Positions 38,860 to 52,233 of a stretch of 64,000 nt of DNA are shown here, one piece after another (within the stretch, counting starts at the first letter, position 1; every line of letters begins with the position of its first letter). Source of the stretch: Podarcis gaigeae. Its lineage: Eukaryota. The notes below the pieces were generated by a model, which did not search any database, was not told the DNA's origin, and saw only the letters and a program-made list of their open reading frames with translations. The translations under genes and the position numbers were made by a program. Where the stretch lies: the NCBI GenBank assembly GCA_964106915.2, contig OZ066917.1. One strand, written 5' to 3'.

Positions 38860-39155
38860 CATAAGAGTGCCCAGTTAAACCATGGATTTCACTACCACAA
38901 AACGTAGTGATGGCCACCAACAAGGATGGCTCTAAAAGAGGTTTACACAAATTCGTGGATAATAAGGCTATCAATGGCTACTAGCCATAATGGCTATATT
39001 CTACCTCCAATGCTGGAAGCATTATACCTTCAAATACCAGTGACTGTGAATCACAAATGAGGTAAGTGCTCTTGCTCTGGGACTTCCGGTAGGTTAGTCA
39101 CTGTTGTGAATCTGATGCTGGACTAGATAGGCCTTTGAGATGATCCAGCAGGATT
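38860..39155 (+). mobile_element. Old CR1-type 3' end, decayed
   Basis: GTGATGGCCACCAAC...GGATGGCTCTAAAAGAGG...ACAAATTCGTGGA...GGCTATCAATGGCTACTAGCC...GATGCTGGACTAGATAGGCC...GATCCAGCAGG, a recalled squamate CR1 3' UTR pattern. Confidence 0.55.
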
Positions 39156-42100
39156 GGCCTGGCTGATTTAGAATCAGAGACCTTTGTGTAAAAATCTTTA
39201 ATTCTTATTTGTTACTGTATTTAGAATCCAAATGAAGAGCACACATATATAATTTTATTTTGAATGTTCTCAGGAAGCATATCTAATTAAGATGCCAAAG
39301 TAAAGAACCCATGTGACAGTTACTTTGAAGTTTTACATGTTGCTATTTTAAACTTTTATTACTACTAGACTATAATGTGTAATTGTACATTATTAAACAA
39401 TTGGGTGACACTCAAGAATATACTCACTAAAATCAGCATACTTGTCAACTGGCCTCAACAGGTCTACTGGGAATATGGGTTTGATATCACCCATTGATTT
39501 CATTGATTAATAGGTAGCGAACAATTTTAATCAATGAAAATACAATTATTACAAAGGCACACTTGTTTTTTTTTAGCCTATTTCACTGTGATAGGAACTG
39601 AAAAAGAAAATATTAAGACCACCTTTCATTCCAACAGTTAACTTTTGTTTACTGAAGTCTCACCTAACTCAAACTACTTCAATATGTATCTATCTCAAGG
39701 TCTATAAATATGTGGGTTTAGATAACAGAATATCATTTACTCATTTATTTTTCTGGGTACTAGCATCTGCATTCTGCCAATGATACTTATGGTGGTCTTA
39801 CATTAAATTACATTATTTGGTTATTCAGTTCTGAATAACAATCAATTTTAAAAGTAGTGTTTTTATAAACATCCCTTGAGTAGATGGGTTGAAAGGCAAA
39901 GTGCAGTTGCACTAAGTGTGTAAAACAAACGCTTGACAGCCCTAATGTTTTATCCAAACCAAGTCAATCTTTAATTTTTCTTTCCTTAAAAAATGAGCCC
40001 ACCTAAGGATAACAGTATTAAATAAATCCATTTCAAAAGTTTAAATAAGTGTTTTATACGTTTCAGCAGCACAAACCAGTAAACTCCCACTTTGGCTTGC
40101 TTGTTGCTAGTCTTTGTCTCTTTTTTCCTATAGTTCTGTTTAAATTCTCACCTTGTTCTGCCCTTGTCATCAAGTCATTCAAGCACAAAGCAGGGAGTAC
40201 GGGAGTGTTTACTCATTTCCCAAGTCCATTATCTTACACATTAATCACTGGTCTGGAACTTTTGGACAATGCTGAATCTGTTACCTCTTTCCCTTCTAAC
40301 TGCTTTACTCCTGGGTCTCTTAGCTCTAAAGCTACAGATACCCAGGAAGATCTTTTCTGTTTAGCTGTTCTCTCCCCACAACACACTAAACTCAATGAAG
40401 CCAGATAAAATGCTTTTAATTCCCACAAAAAGCAAAGAAAGGAGAGCACAGATGAGTGAAAATCTATTTAATGTTTTGGTGAAATGAAATACACACACAC
40501 ACACACAACCAAAATTTCCACAGAACATTGCTCTATCTTGTTTGTTGTTGTCAAGCATCCATGCAATAATAAAACAAGCAAAAGAACCGAAGCATTCTCT
40601 TCTAAGCAGCAAACTACTAAAGTGAATGGGCAAAATAATGATTCCAGAATATGAAAAGCTTGCTTTTACTGAAATCTACAGGACTCTAAAATAATTCTGA
40701 AGGACTGCACAGGGCATCTAACGTTTATTTGTGATCATGACCAAAGACTAAAAGACAGAAAGGGATGCAAAGCTGGAGGCTCTTGAACTAGACTTGTTAA
40801 AAGATTTGTTTGTGAAACATGCATTTTATTGCCTTGTGTGCATGTTATAATGAGGCATGGACAACTGCAACATTACACTTAATGATTGAATTTCTTGTTT
40901 CAACCAGTTTCCTTGTCCTCTTGCAATTAACGTTTTCCCAGATCACCCAAGGCTACTTTGTCAGAAGGGGAGGGGGGCATCTGAAATTCACATAAATGAG
41001 CAATGTCAATAGTTTAGAAAGAGTTTACTTAGAGAACAAAAGGGCCCTTATGAGCCACTAGTGAGAAGAAATGGGGGGAAAATGAATCCTCACAATGTAG
41101 GCCTTTTCTAACAGTGACTTGTTATCAAGCAGTTTGCGAGAGTCCCTCAAATCTGCATTAAAATACATTTCATTCCATTCACTCATTTGCATTAATTTCT
41201 TCCATTATATCTGAAAATGCTTGAATGTCTACCCAACACAATGCAGCAGCCTATCACAAACAGCCACGGCTTCACCAGGTGCCAATTTACTCCTCTCGGT
41301 TCTTTTCATTCTGTTTGCTGATTCTGACAACTGGAGTTTTCTCCCCTCCGGTCGAAGGGACTTTTCAATTGGATTTGCTTGTGGTGACAAAATGGTTGCT
41401 CTGCGGAGAGGAGGGGGGGAGACTCTTTGACTGAGTGTCTATCATGCTGCCATGGGAAAGAGGGAAGCGAATGATTCTCAGTAGCTTCTGATTTCCAGTA
41501 TTTGTTCAGCATTAGGCCCCACTTATCTCCAGGAGAAAAAGCAACATATATAGAGAGAAAGTGACAGGCAGAAACACACTCGCTCCCTCATTCATCCTGG
41601 CAGAGCTCTGTATTCAAACAAGGGGAAGGGGGGGCACCTATTACACTGAAAGCTCCAAATCAACCTCACTCAATTATCTCAGCTAATCCTTATAGCTCTA
41701 TAAAGTAAATATTTCATTACAATTTCAAATAAACAGTCACCCAATCTAATGAAGCAAGATCTCAAAAGTGGCAATGTCACAGAACATGTTGCCACCATCT
41801 AAAGGAAAGGACAGAGGACTATCTGCTATAGTAATACAAAAATGGCTCCCTTAGCCCTCGCCATTCCTCCTCTCTCCAACAGCCATGGAGGGGTGGGAAG
41901 AGATAGGGAGCTGCAGCTCTCTTTGCACTCCTCCTTGCTTTGCAGCAAGTGGTGTGTCTTGTCCCGGTGCAAAAGGAATTGAGGGGAGGGAGTATAAGCA
42001 GAAACTGACTGATGGAAACAAGCCTATCAACAACCTAGTATTGAGAAGGTTAAATGCATGTACGAGGCCTAATATAGACCAGCAATTGCATCAAGTGGTT

Positions 42101-42377
42101 AGGTTTTTTTAATCACATGGCATAAGAACACATTTTGGTAGATAAAGAAAACTCCTCCTAAATTTTATTTGTAGGCATTTTATGGTAGGAAAGCACTTGA
42201 TAGGCAGGAACAGCCTATAAAAAAATAGACCACTACTACCACAAAGAAAGATCCAACTGGGTCCACCCACCAAGAGATTTCCCGTAGCACAATGAAACTT
42301 CCCCTTCTTCTTCTATTCCCCCACCTTGGGGGAGGAAGACTCTTGAAAGAAGAAATATATAAAAAGAATAAAAAAAA

Positions 42378-42456
42378 TTGTCCAATAGCACCTTAGTGAC
42401 CAACTAAGTTTGTTCTTGGTATGAGCTTTCGTGTGCATGCACACTTCCTTCAGATA
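42378..42456. mobile_element. Penelope-like element terminal fragment
   Basis: GTCCAATAGCACCTTAGTGACCAAC...ATGAGCTTTCGTG...CACTTCCTTCAGATA resembles the recalled sauropsid Penelope end motif. Confidence 0.5.
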
Positions 42457-44088
42457 TCACTTCTTGAAAGAAGATTTGGGGGTGAGAGTTGCATGGGGAG
42501 AAGAAGAAGAGAACATCCTTTTGCATGGGTGGAAATTTGCTTGCACAATATTGGATATCACCTGATAACAATGCAAAATTCCAAATTGAATCACATAATA
42601 AGTTTATTATAGTGTGCTGGAGAAGGGTGTTTTCTTTAAGGGGATAATGGTGTTAAAATAAGAAACTAGCTATATTTCTGATGTTTGTGGTTTTGTGCGA
42701 TTAGGGGACTTGGGGATTAAATCTTGATTAAAGGTATAAAATTACACAGAGTCTGGTTACACAGACTTAAAAGCAACACAACAGAACTCTTCCAGACTTT
42801 AAAACAATGTAATCTTCCTTTTAAGACTCAGAGATCCCTAAGAGATTTTTTTATTGACCTCTGAAACAAAACCACTTTCAGTATGAATAAACTTTTATAA
42901 CCATGGGACATATTAGTCACCTCTTTCCATGAATTAGTGACAAGATGTAGTAATGCATGGGCTGGGGAGGGCCTCCCACTGCAATGGAACAAATCAGTAA
43001 ATAAGTCAATTCATCTTTCTTATTGTGTTGTTGGATGAGAATTTTAGGAACTGTTTATCATAAATCATTTTAAACATGGCTTTTAAGATGGTCATTTTGA
43101 GACAGTTCTTTGTGTATGGTGTAACAAATGTAATTAATATTTAATGATTATAATAAGGCAACTCCCTAATTCTACAAATCCATCAGTATTGCTGCACATT
43201 AACACATTTAATAACAGGCAAATATCTAATACATGCTTGTAGACCTGCTTACATGAGCATTCGTGACAATAATTAATACTAGAATATTCATACAATGTTC
43301 AGTAAACGAGTCATCGGATAGGTGCCTTTAGGTATAAAAATTGCTTTTTGATGAGACCATGGCCAGATACGAAGGTCTCAAGGAGGACAGAAATAACTTA
43401 GCTCTCATTGTTTGTTTTCTAGGCCAGCTCCTGTAGTCCTGAACTTCTGGAGGGCATCAGATTGGCTCCCCCTGTTCTTGGCATTCGGATGTATTAACTG
43501 CCACTGTGAGGTAGTATGTTGGACTATAATCATATTTGATGTGTATTCCAAAGTTAAGTTTGCAAATACAAGTCCCACGTTAAGTTTCACAAACGCTACA
43601 TATGTTATGCTCATTAAAAATGCTCAGTGCTATCTGGGACTTAACATTCTTTCCAAATATTATTGCCATACATATGTAAGATGACAGTGCACTTCAAAAG
43701 GCATAATACAAATGTCACCATGGCAGTTCCTTGTCACCTATCTTTGTATCTTCAGTTTTCATGGAAAGATAATTTTTTGTTTCATGCCCATCCTAATAGC
43801 CAAGTTCTATTAGTATTTCACAAAGAATGTGCAGCTTCAGCGACACTACAAAAGACCTGACATATTAACTGTCTCAAGGCATAAAGATGAAGTTCATAAC
43901 TAATTGATTAATGGGCACTTCAAATTGGCTTGACTGACAATTTGAGGTGCTGAATGCCCCAAACATTTCCTGAGTTGAGGACACTTAGAGGTCTGTGACT
44001 AAGAAGGAATGAATGAGCTGCTTCATAAAACTACCTCTACTTGGCCAAAAACACAGGAGTGGCAGTCAACTAAGTTTTACTCATAGTA

Positions 44089-44567
44089 TTGTTGTTTAGT
44101 CACTGAGTTGTGTCCGACTCTTCGTGACCCCATGGACCAGAGCACGCCAGACACTCCTGTCTTCTACTGCCTCCCGCAGTTTGGTTAAACTCATGTTAGT
44201 AGCTTTGAGAACACTGTCCAACCATCTCGTCCTCTGTCGTTCCCTTCTCCTTGTGCCCTCCATCTTTCCCAACATCAGGGTCTTTTCCAGGGTCTTCTCT
44301 TCTCATGAGGTGGCCAAAGTATTGGAGCCTCAGCTTCACGATCTGTCCTTCCAGTGAGCACTCAGGGCTGATTTCCTTCAGAATGGAGAGGTTTGATCTC
44401 CTTGCAGTCCATGGGACTCTCAAGAGTCTCCTCCAGCACCAGAATTCAAAAGCATCAATTCTTCGGCAATCAGCCTTCTTTATGGTCCAGCTTTCACTTC
44501 CATACATCACTACTGGGAAAACCATAGCTTTAACTATACAGACCTTTGTCAGCAAGATGTTGTCTCT
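44089..44567 (-). mobile_element. 5'-truncated BovB copy (~480 bp)
   Basis: Colinear with the 3' end of the full-length copy (about 1602-2083); VKAMVFPVVMYGSESW...LQYFGHLMRR; 2-bp deletion frameshift near 44291; short (CAA) tail; no clear TSD. Confidence 0.95.
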
Positions 44568-45509
44568 GATGAAGGATACTGGGGCTTAAATCAGGGTTAT
44601 ATGTTTCAGATTCTAGTGCTATTCCCAGAAGTGCGTATGGTGATATAAACTGGGAAGGATCAAGGACCTACACAGGGAGGTGACAGTTGAAAGACAGTGG
44701 TCCCTGCTCCTAGGTGGGATCTGGGAGGATCTATCTTTCTGTGTATGGATAAAGGATATGATATAAATGTGATGAATGGCCTTTGTATTTATTCTTTCTC
44801 CTTCTCGTCTCTGCACTTTCTGATTCTTCTTATTTTGGTTTCTCGTTATTCTTTTTCTTCAGACTAGTTTGACTTTTTCTATATTCTATGTTGCAAACTT
44901 TCAATAAAAAGCTTCTTTGAAAAAGGTGGGGGATAGCCCCTCATTAAAAAGATATGCTTCTATGAAGGAGTTCACACAGGTGACCAAGCTATCCCATGGT
45001 GATCTTGTCATACTGGAACGGTTTGGTTGTTTGCATCAGTATGGAGAATTTGGTTGCATATCAGGTACAGCAGTGTGGAAAAATTGTAATATTTAATCAC
45101 CCAAAGACAGTTTCCCCACCATTACAAGTCCTCGCCTCTGAGGCACTGTCTACAATGCTGGATGTTTCATGCCCTGCTTGGGGCTTCCCACGTGCATATG
45201 GTTGGCCACTGTGGACTGTATGGGCCATTGGCTCTTCTTATAGGGGGTATACTCTTAAGTCCATGGACATTTTTTAGCAGGTCTGACCAAAGCTTCATGA
45301 AAAACAATTCTGCCTCAGAAGATACTGTTGGTATACTTTACCTCACTCAGGAGTTCTTCAGAAATCAAGTAAATGTGAAAACAGTTCACTAAAAATATCA
45401 ATTTTTCAAATCACTGCTCCATAGTAAATACACAGATCCCTCCCTTCCCTATATTTGGGGAACTTTAGCTATCCCATGTGATCTTTGATGCTAAGATTGT
45501 ATTGTGTTT

Positions 45510-45513
<4 letters not shown>

Positions 45514-45554
<41 letters not shown>
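45514..45554. repeat. (AT)n microsatellite
   Basis: Direct read. Confidence 0.95.
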
Positions 45555-45558
<4 letters not shown>

Positions 45559-47799
45559 AAATACAAGAGGATCTGAATTATACAGTATAGTTTTATACCA
45601 TCTTTTTTACTGCACAGATAAAGTATTTTGGTTCACAAAAATGAATCTGGTGATGATGAAAAATTAATTTGTTTATTAACACACAAAGTCAAGATGTTTG
45701 CCTATATTTGTTAAACATGAAAACGAAAGTTATTGTTTAATCTTTAAAGGAAATATTATGCAATTATAATGAAAGAGCAGATGCTGAACTAACTACTGCT
45801 AAAAAGAAAAAGAGTAACTATGCTATCTACACATATCTGGGAGCAAACTCTATGAAGCTTGCTTGCATTTAGTAGAAATGCATACGACTGTCCTGTTAAA
45901 CCATGTTTTCGAAGGTGCACTTGCACATAACAAAATTGGCCTGGTTCTGTCCAACAGAGGGTTCCCAAAAGCCTATTTCCTGACATGTGAAAACACCAAA
46001 CCTGGGAGAAGATAGCAGTCTATTTACTAACATGTCTACTGAAAAATCTAGAATAAATTTCCAAGCATTTCCTTAGCACTTATCCAATGAAGTGTCACCA
46101 AGAGTCACCAAGTATAGTTGATCTACAGCCAGCTTAGTAATGAAAAGACGTACCCCCAAAACAGATTTCTTAATTTTATATGACATTTCTGCCCTTGATT
46201 CCATGCAGAAAACCACAAAACTTTTGCATCTTGGGAGAATGTAAAGAGGGGAGAATTGGGGTTAAGAATAGAATCACACATACAGTGTTTAAATTGCAGG
46301 ATGCTTTGGGCAAGATCATACACTTGACCCAAGCTGAAGGTTGAAATCTTAATCCATTTCTGTGACAAAGATCAAGCTCCACAGTTGTTTTTTATCTGCC
46401 TCATAATACAAGCAACAGTTGTAAACCTTGCTGTTATTGTTCAAGCAATGCTCCCCCCAAGACTGCAAATTTATTATAGCATTCATCTCCAAGACAAAAG
46501 ACCTAGGATAGGAAAAAAGCTCTTTTTAGCAAAAAGTATGGTTGTTATTTATAGNNNNNNNNNNNNNNNNNNNNNNNNNNNNNNNNNNNNNNNNNNNNNN
46601 NNNNNNNNNNNNNNNNNNNNNNNNNNNNNNNNNNNNNNNNNNNNNNNNNNNNNNNNNNNNNNNNNNNNNNNNNNNNNNNNNNNNNNNNNNNNNNTATTTT
46701 CCTAGCTCTTTAACACTTTGTCTACTATGTGCACTGTGCAACTTGTTCAGAGAAAATACAGGGGCTCAGAGTCGCAAATGCTATAAATCAGGTGAAAAAG
46801 GATTTTACTGCAGGGGGGAAATCTGTTAAATAGCCTTATGGGAAGTTTCAACATAATCCTTGTGGCTTCGTGCACCACAATGTATTTTCCAAGTGTTTGT
46901 ATTTATAATTATTAAAGTCACTTCACATCTATACCAATCTGAAAATGAACATGAGCTGTAATTCATGCTTCACCCACATGGTCTAGGCAGATATGTGCCT
47001 CATCCACTCCCAGATACCCCTCTTGGCTAAAAACTGCTGATAAAAACAACTTCATTAAACTTATTTATTCTAATCTTGGTTGCTTGACTAATATAAAGCA
47101 AAAATAATGCTCTTGTTGCTGGTTTGAGTAACACCTCTACCAGATTTTGCAGCGACACAGTAAAAGCAAATCCACACAGAACTGAGCTAAGAATGCAGTT
47201 GGAAACAAAATTCACCAAAAGCTGATTGGTTAACAGGCGATAACCATAATCGTCATGCCATGAACGGTTTTCAAAGCCACTTAGTTGGTTACAGATTGGA
47301 ACAATTGCGTTGATCAGGGTAGCCCTTTCGTCTCATCCAGCAAGGAACTTCTTAAATTCTCAATAAACTAACATCTGGTCTCTCCTGCCCTCGTTCCTTT
47401 TATTCTGGAATGCGAAGAAGACGTTGTCTGCTGTCACTGTCTCTCAACCCAGTCTTGGGCAGCTGTCAAAACACTACTAAAGAACATCTCTTGTTTGCGA
47501 CCCAGAGATTTCAGACCTTGGACTCTGCAGTGAGAAGGCATCAAGAAGAAAGTAGCTTGCAGTTGCTAGCCGCTGCTCCTTCCACGCCACCTATTTAACT
47601 CTTGTAACTACCTTGAGGTACGCCTTCCTAAAAGAGACAACTACTGAGAGGTCCACATACTCCAGGAGATTGACTTCACTGTATCTATGACTCCCAAAAC
47701 TTCCATCTATTTCTATGAGACCTTTTTTTATTCCTCGGGCGTACTAGTCTACCCAACCCTGCACCATCCCTAAATTTCTCGTGGTTTGCATTCAGCATA

Positions 47800-49450
47800 A
47801 CGACATGTACTCGCACTCTGCTCCAATCTCATGCCCATTCAATGGCTCCCCTCTCCTTTCTCCTCCGCACAGAGAGCAATCAACCTCCACCAACCTTTTC
47901 TCTCTCAATCCCAACCCTTGCCCTCAACAAAATCAGGCTCTCTGCCTCTGACACTGCAGTTATTGCTGTTCTCTTCTTTGGCATCATTTCTCCTGCATGC
48001 GTCATGCTAAAGGTCTTGGAAGTGGTATTGACCCTTGTAAAAATAAATTTTAAAAACCGCTGCAAGCTCAACCCAACATCCTCCCCACCCCACCACGAAC
48101 AGATCTCTTCTCAAACATCAGCCTCTACTCCCTTCTGCACCTCCCTGGCACCCTCTCAACTTTTGTTTCAGTCCTGAAACATGGGCCACCTTCTCACCAT
48201 ACTCCATGTCCCCATTCTTAGAATTGTGGAGTTGAAAGAGACCTGGAGGGTATAATCCAAACTTCTGGAGAGCAGGAATCTTTTGCCCAACGTGGGGCTT
48301 GAATCCACAACTCTGAGATTAAGAGTCTCATACTCTACTGAGTCATCATGAGTTCCTTAAGCATACTTCAAGCATACTTCTTGTAGATTTCAATATTACT
48401 GTCAGAGATCTGACCTAGCTGCCTCCTGCTTTCTCTACCTGACCTTCTCTTGACCTTTGCCTTAGGTCTAACTCGCCCACCCACTGTGTAGGGTGAATTG
48501 AACTGTGTTTCTAACCCCCACTTTCAATCTGGTTTGTGTTCCCTACACATGCAAAAGTAACAGTCCTCACCACAATCACCCATTATCTCCATTGGCATCC
48601 TTCCTAAAACTCCAGGTTGTTTTTTGTAAAACTGATCACTCTCTCCTAATTGACTCCTTTCATGGCCTAGGTTTTCAGCCCGCTGTCCTTGGGTTCTATT
48701 CCTAATAGTAGGAGGTGACTTTCCCTAGGCAAATTTCCCTAGGCTTGATTTGAATCAGGGAATTATGAAGGATACTGGAGAAAGTTTTCTTCCTGAGAAT
48801 TCTAAATTCCCCTCACTTCCTGCAGCTACACCAGCTGCTACAGCAGAAACAAGAAGGTGAAAACATGTAGGTGGGAGTGGAAGAGGAGTTAGGGTGGTGT
48901 AATTTCAGCCATCATGTCAGGAACGTTCTGGAAAGATCCAGATTCAAATCCTATTCAGTCACTGTATTGGACAGGTCTACTTCTCTCAGCCTAACTTTCT
49001 GTACAAAGTTCTTCCGAGGACAAAATCAGAGGGGATACTATTTATACTGCTCTGAGATACTCGGAGGAAATACAGGACAAAAATGCAATTTACTATTTAG
49101 TCTTAGGGGCATTTGGTTTGAAGTGAAGTTGGGTCAAGGAAATGCTAACTCTGGTGACATCTCTCACTCAGTGTTTTCGTAGAGAACCTTTTCATCTGCT
49201 TTCTTCTGGATTTTCCTGGCCTAAAAGCTCCCTTTTCGGCTGATTAATGCTTCTGTTCCATAACTCCATGGATCAGTCCTAGATCTCCCTATCTCAGCAC
49301 TTGCATCAGCTGCTGTTCCAACTCTGGCTCCAATCTCTGCACCAGGTTTTGGTCAAAATTATGGTTCACACACTGATCCTGCCTCATCTCTTGACTACTG
49401 TAACTTTCTCCTCTCTGTCTTCTTTTGTCACTCCTTAGCTTTTAACCTCT
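47800..49450 (+). mobile_element. Very old L2-like LINE remnants, interrupted
   Basis: C/T-rich tract with LLVDFNI (~48378-48398), TDHSLL (~48631) and LDYCNFLL (~49390), resembling L2 GDFNI, SDH and LDYCNSLL motifs. Boundaries very approximate. Confidence 0.45.
48214..48345 (-). mobile_element. tRNA-Lys-derived SINE with CR1-type tail
   Basis: Reverse complement reads CTCAGTAGAGTATGAGACTCTTAATCTCAGAGTTGTGGATTCAAGCCCCACGTTGGGCAAAAGATTCCTGC...CAACTCCACAATTCTAAGAAT: a tRNA-Lys(CTT)-like head and CR1-like tail. Confidence 0.7.
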
Positions 49451-51784
49451 TGATAGAGCTCTGGCCTCCAAGAGGTTCAAGAGCAGCTTGCCATGCAGTA
49501 TGGAGAACTGCTCTGTAAGAAAAATGATTCTAACCCCCCATGGTCTTGGTTACATGGTAGCTTGGCTCATGGACAGTATGTGCATCTCACCTTATTACAC
49601 ACCTACTTCTTAATCCTCTGAATCAGAGCTTCTGGAACTGATTTATCAGCTGAATAATTCCAACTGCTGTAATTGTACTATCTTGTGGACTGCACACATA
49701 AGAACTCCTTTCTACATATTTACCACAAGTACCATATTGATGTAGAGCATCCTCTTTCTGCCACCTTATTAGCATTTTATTATGTTGTGATGCATTGTGT
49801 GCTATGATGTGTTGTGCATTTCTCATTTCTACTGGGTTTTTTAAAAGGACTTTGATGCTTCCCTCCTTCTAGTTTCATTCAAATAATTCCTGAACTACAA
49901 TTTACATCTGTATTACAGTACTTTACCCTGACACAGAAATGAAAGTTAATTAGTTTCTATGACGACCTGATGCATAAAAGGACCACAGGTTCTTTCACAT
50001 TTGTAAATACATAGCAACTTAGTATTCAGAGAGCAGAGTGTATCAGCATTAAGTACAAATAATATGAATTTGTTTTTCTACGGCAGAAAAAAGAGACTTC
50101 AACCAGACGACATTATTTATTAGAGCATGCATTTGTCAGTGAACAGATGAGTTCCAACTTATTTTACTGTTTTTCTTTGTATTTACAGTACGAAATACTG
50201 CTAAGTAACAGTGTTGATACTAATCAGCATTATTTTTAAGCTTCAGGTGGATTTATGTAGCCATGTGCATTGAATTATATTTTTACTCCAATGCATCAAA
50301 ATAATTGACACAAGGCCACTGCATACATTTATCATGAAACTGAGTACTGTACATGGAGGTAGAACATCAATGCATGTGAAGGCACTGGCTGAGTAAAGAA
50401 CATAATTGTGGCATGGGATGTATGTGCATATGTGTGTTTGTGTGTTACATGCCTAATCTCAGTCATTTGTCTACCCACACTCGGGATTTTGTTTGGTACA
50501 TAGTTTATCATTACTTGGCTGGCATGGGAGAGTGGGACCATAGTGTGGGAGGTGGAATTTTAAACCTTTGCCTCTACTGCAGTCCTTATGGAATCTTCCT
50601 CCTCCTCTCTCCTCCCCACTCCACACCTGCTATTCACAATCAAAGGAAAGCTCCACTGGATTATGATCTGCAGAGATAAATCCCCTTTTCCTCCCACGTC
50701 ACAGGCTCAGGCTTCCTTGCACCAGTTATTCCTTTGGGGAGAAAATCAGCCAGCCAAGGCCAAATCATATAATTCTGGTTTGGTGCCCAGTCTCTAGAAT
50801 AGAGATTACCAGGCAAAGCAGGTATAATGCCGGCAGATCTGCAACCTCCCGAGTCTGTTTGCTTTGGCACTTTTGCCATATCAGTCTCCTATTGTGCTTA
50901 GGGCATGCCTGGTAGTCTTCTCCCTTTGCTTGTACCCCTTCCAGGCGGCACAGATACAGACATGCAGTTAATGGGCTTCTGCAGGGAAATAAAACAAGGG
51001 AAACAACTGTATGCATGACATGTTGCACTGAGCAAGATTCGCCTAATGAGCCCCGTCAGCGGAAGCCCAGAAGAAGGACTTCTGCTTCAGCAAAGGGGCT
51101 TCCGCTCCCTCTCCTCCCCAAAGGGGGGTGGGAGAACACCCAGAACAGGGGGAGAAGAGGTGGGATCATTCTGTCTGTCAAGTTGCAATGCTTACGCAGA
51201 GAGAACATTTGTTTGTTTACATACCGCCCTTATCCATGGATCACAGGGTGGTTTACAGTATAATTGGGTCATAGTGCAACAGTGAATGTGGACTTTGGCT
51301 GTGTGTGTGCACCCCAAGTCACTTTATGCATATGAGGAACAGCTAGATTTGTGTACTTGCCCATTGTCCCAAAATATCTCATTAGCCATTATCACAGTTG
51401 TCTTATCCACCAAACCTATGGAATGAATTGATCAGCTTTACACAAACCCTGGTGGTCTTTTCTATTTCTAGTATATCCTATCCACTCTTAAGGAATCGTC
51501 CAAATGAAATGGCCTGTAGTTTAGGGGCACAGCAAATACTTTGTATGCAGAAGCTTCAATCCCTGCCATCTCCAGTTCAAAGGACTAGATAGTAGCTGGT
51601 GTGAAATGCCTCTGCTGAAGACTCTGATTGTCACTGCCAGTCAGAGAATACTGGGCTATATGGAAGAACAGGTTGACCTGAAAGCAGCCTCAAATGTCCT
51701 TAATGTTTACCAAGAATAGTAGAACAAAACAAAGCTTACACTAAGGGTATATTTAGGGCGTCATTCACCATGATGTTTTACATC

Positions 51785-52233
51785 ATCATCATTTACTCAA
51801 ATTATATACCACCCTATATCCAAAGATCCTAGGGCAGCGTACCACATAACTTACATAACAAAACAGTAACAATTAAACAATCTAAGGAAAACTCATAATA
51901 ACAATCCTCCCACTTCTAAAGGGACAACCATGGATTGTTTAATGGCCGAAAGACCTAGGTAAAGAGGAATTTTTTTGACTGGTGCCTAAAGATATACAAT
52001 GATGGCAGCAGGCAAGCCTCTCTGGGAAAAGCATTTCACAAACAGTGAGCCACTACAGAAAAGGACCATTCTTGTGTTGTCATCCTCCAAACCTCTCAGT
52101 GACGGGCCTCAAATGGGTCCGGGGTCAGTTCATATGGGTAGAGACGATCCTTAGTGATATCCTGAGCCGTTTAAGGCTTTATAGGTTAGCACCAGTGCTT
52201 CGAATTGAGTCCAGAAACTAATTGACAGCCAGT
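51785..52233 (-). mobile_element. L2 LINE 3' end
   Basis: Minus-strand WLSISFWTQFEALVLTYKALNGSG (L2 LHWLP...FKVLVLTYKALNG motif), followed by an L2-type 3' UTR. Confidence 0.75.
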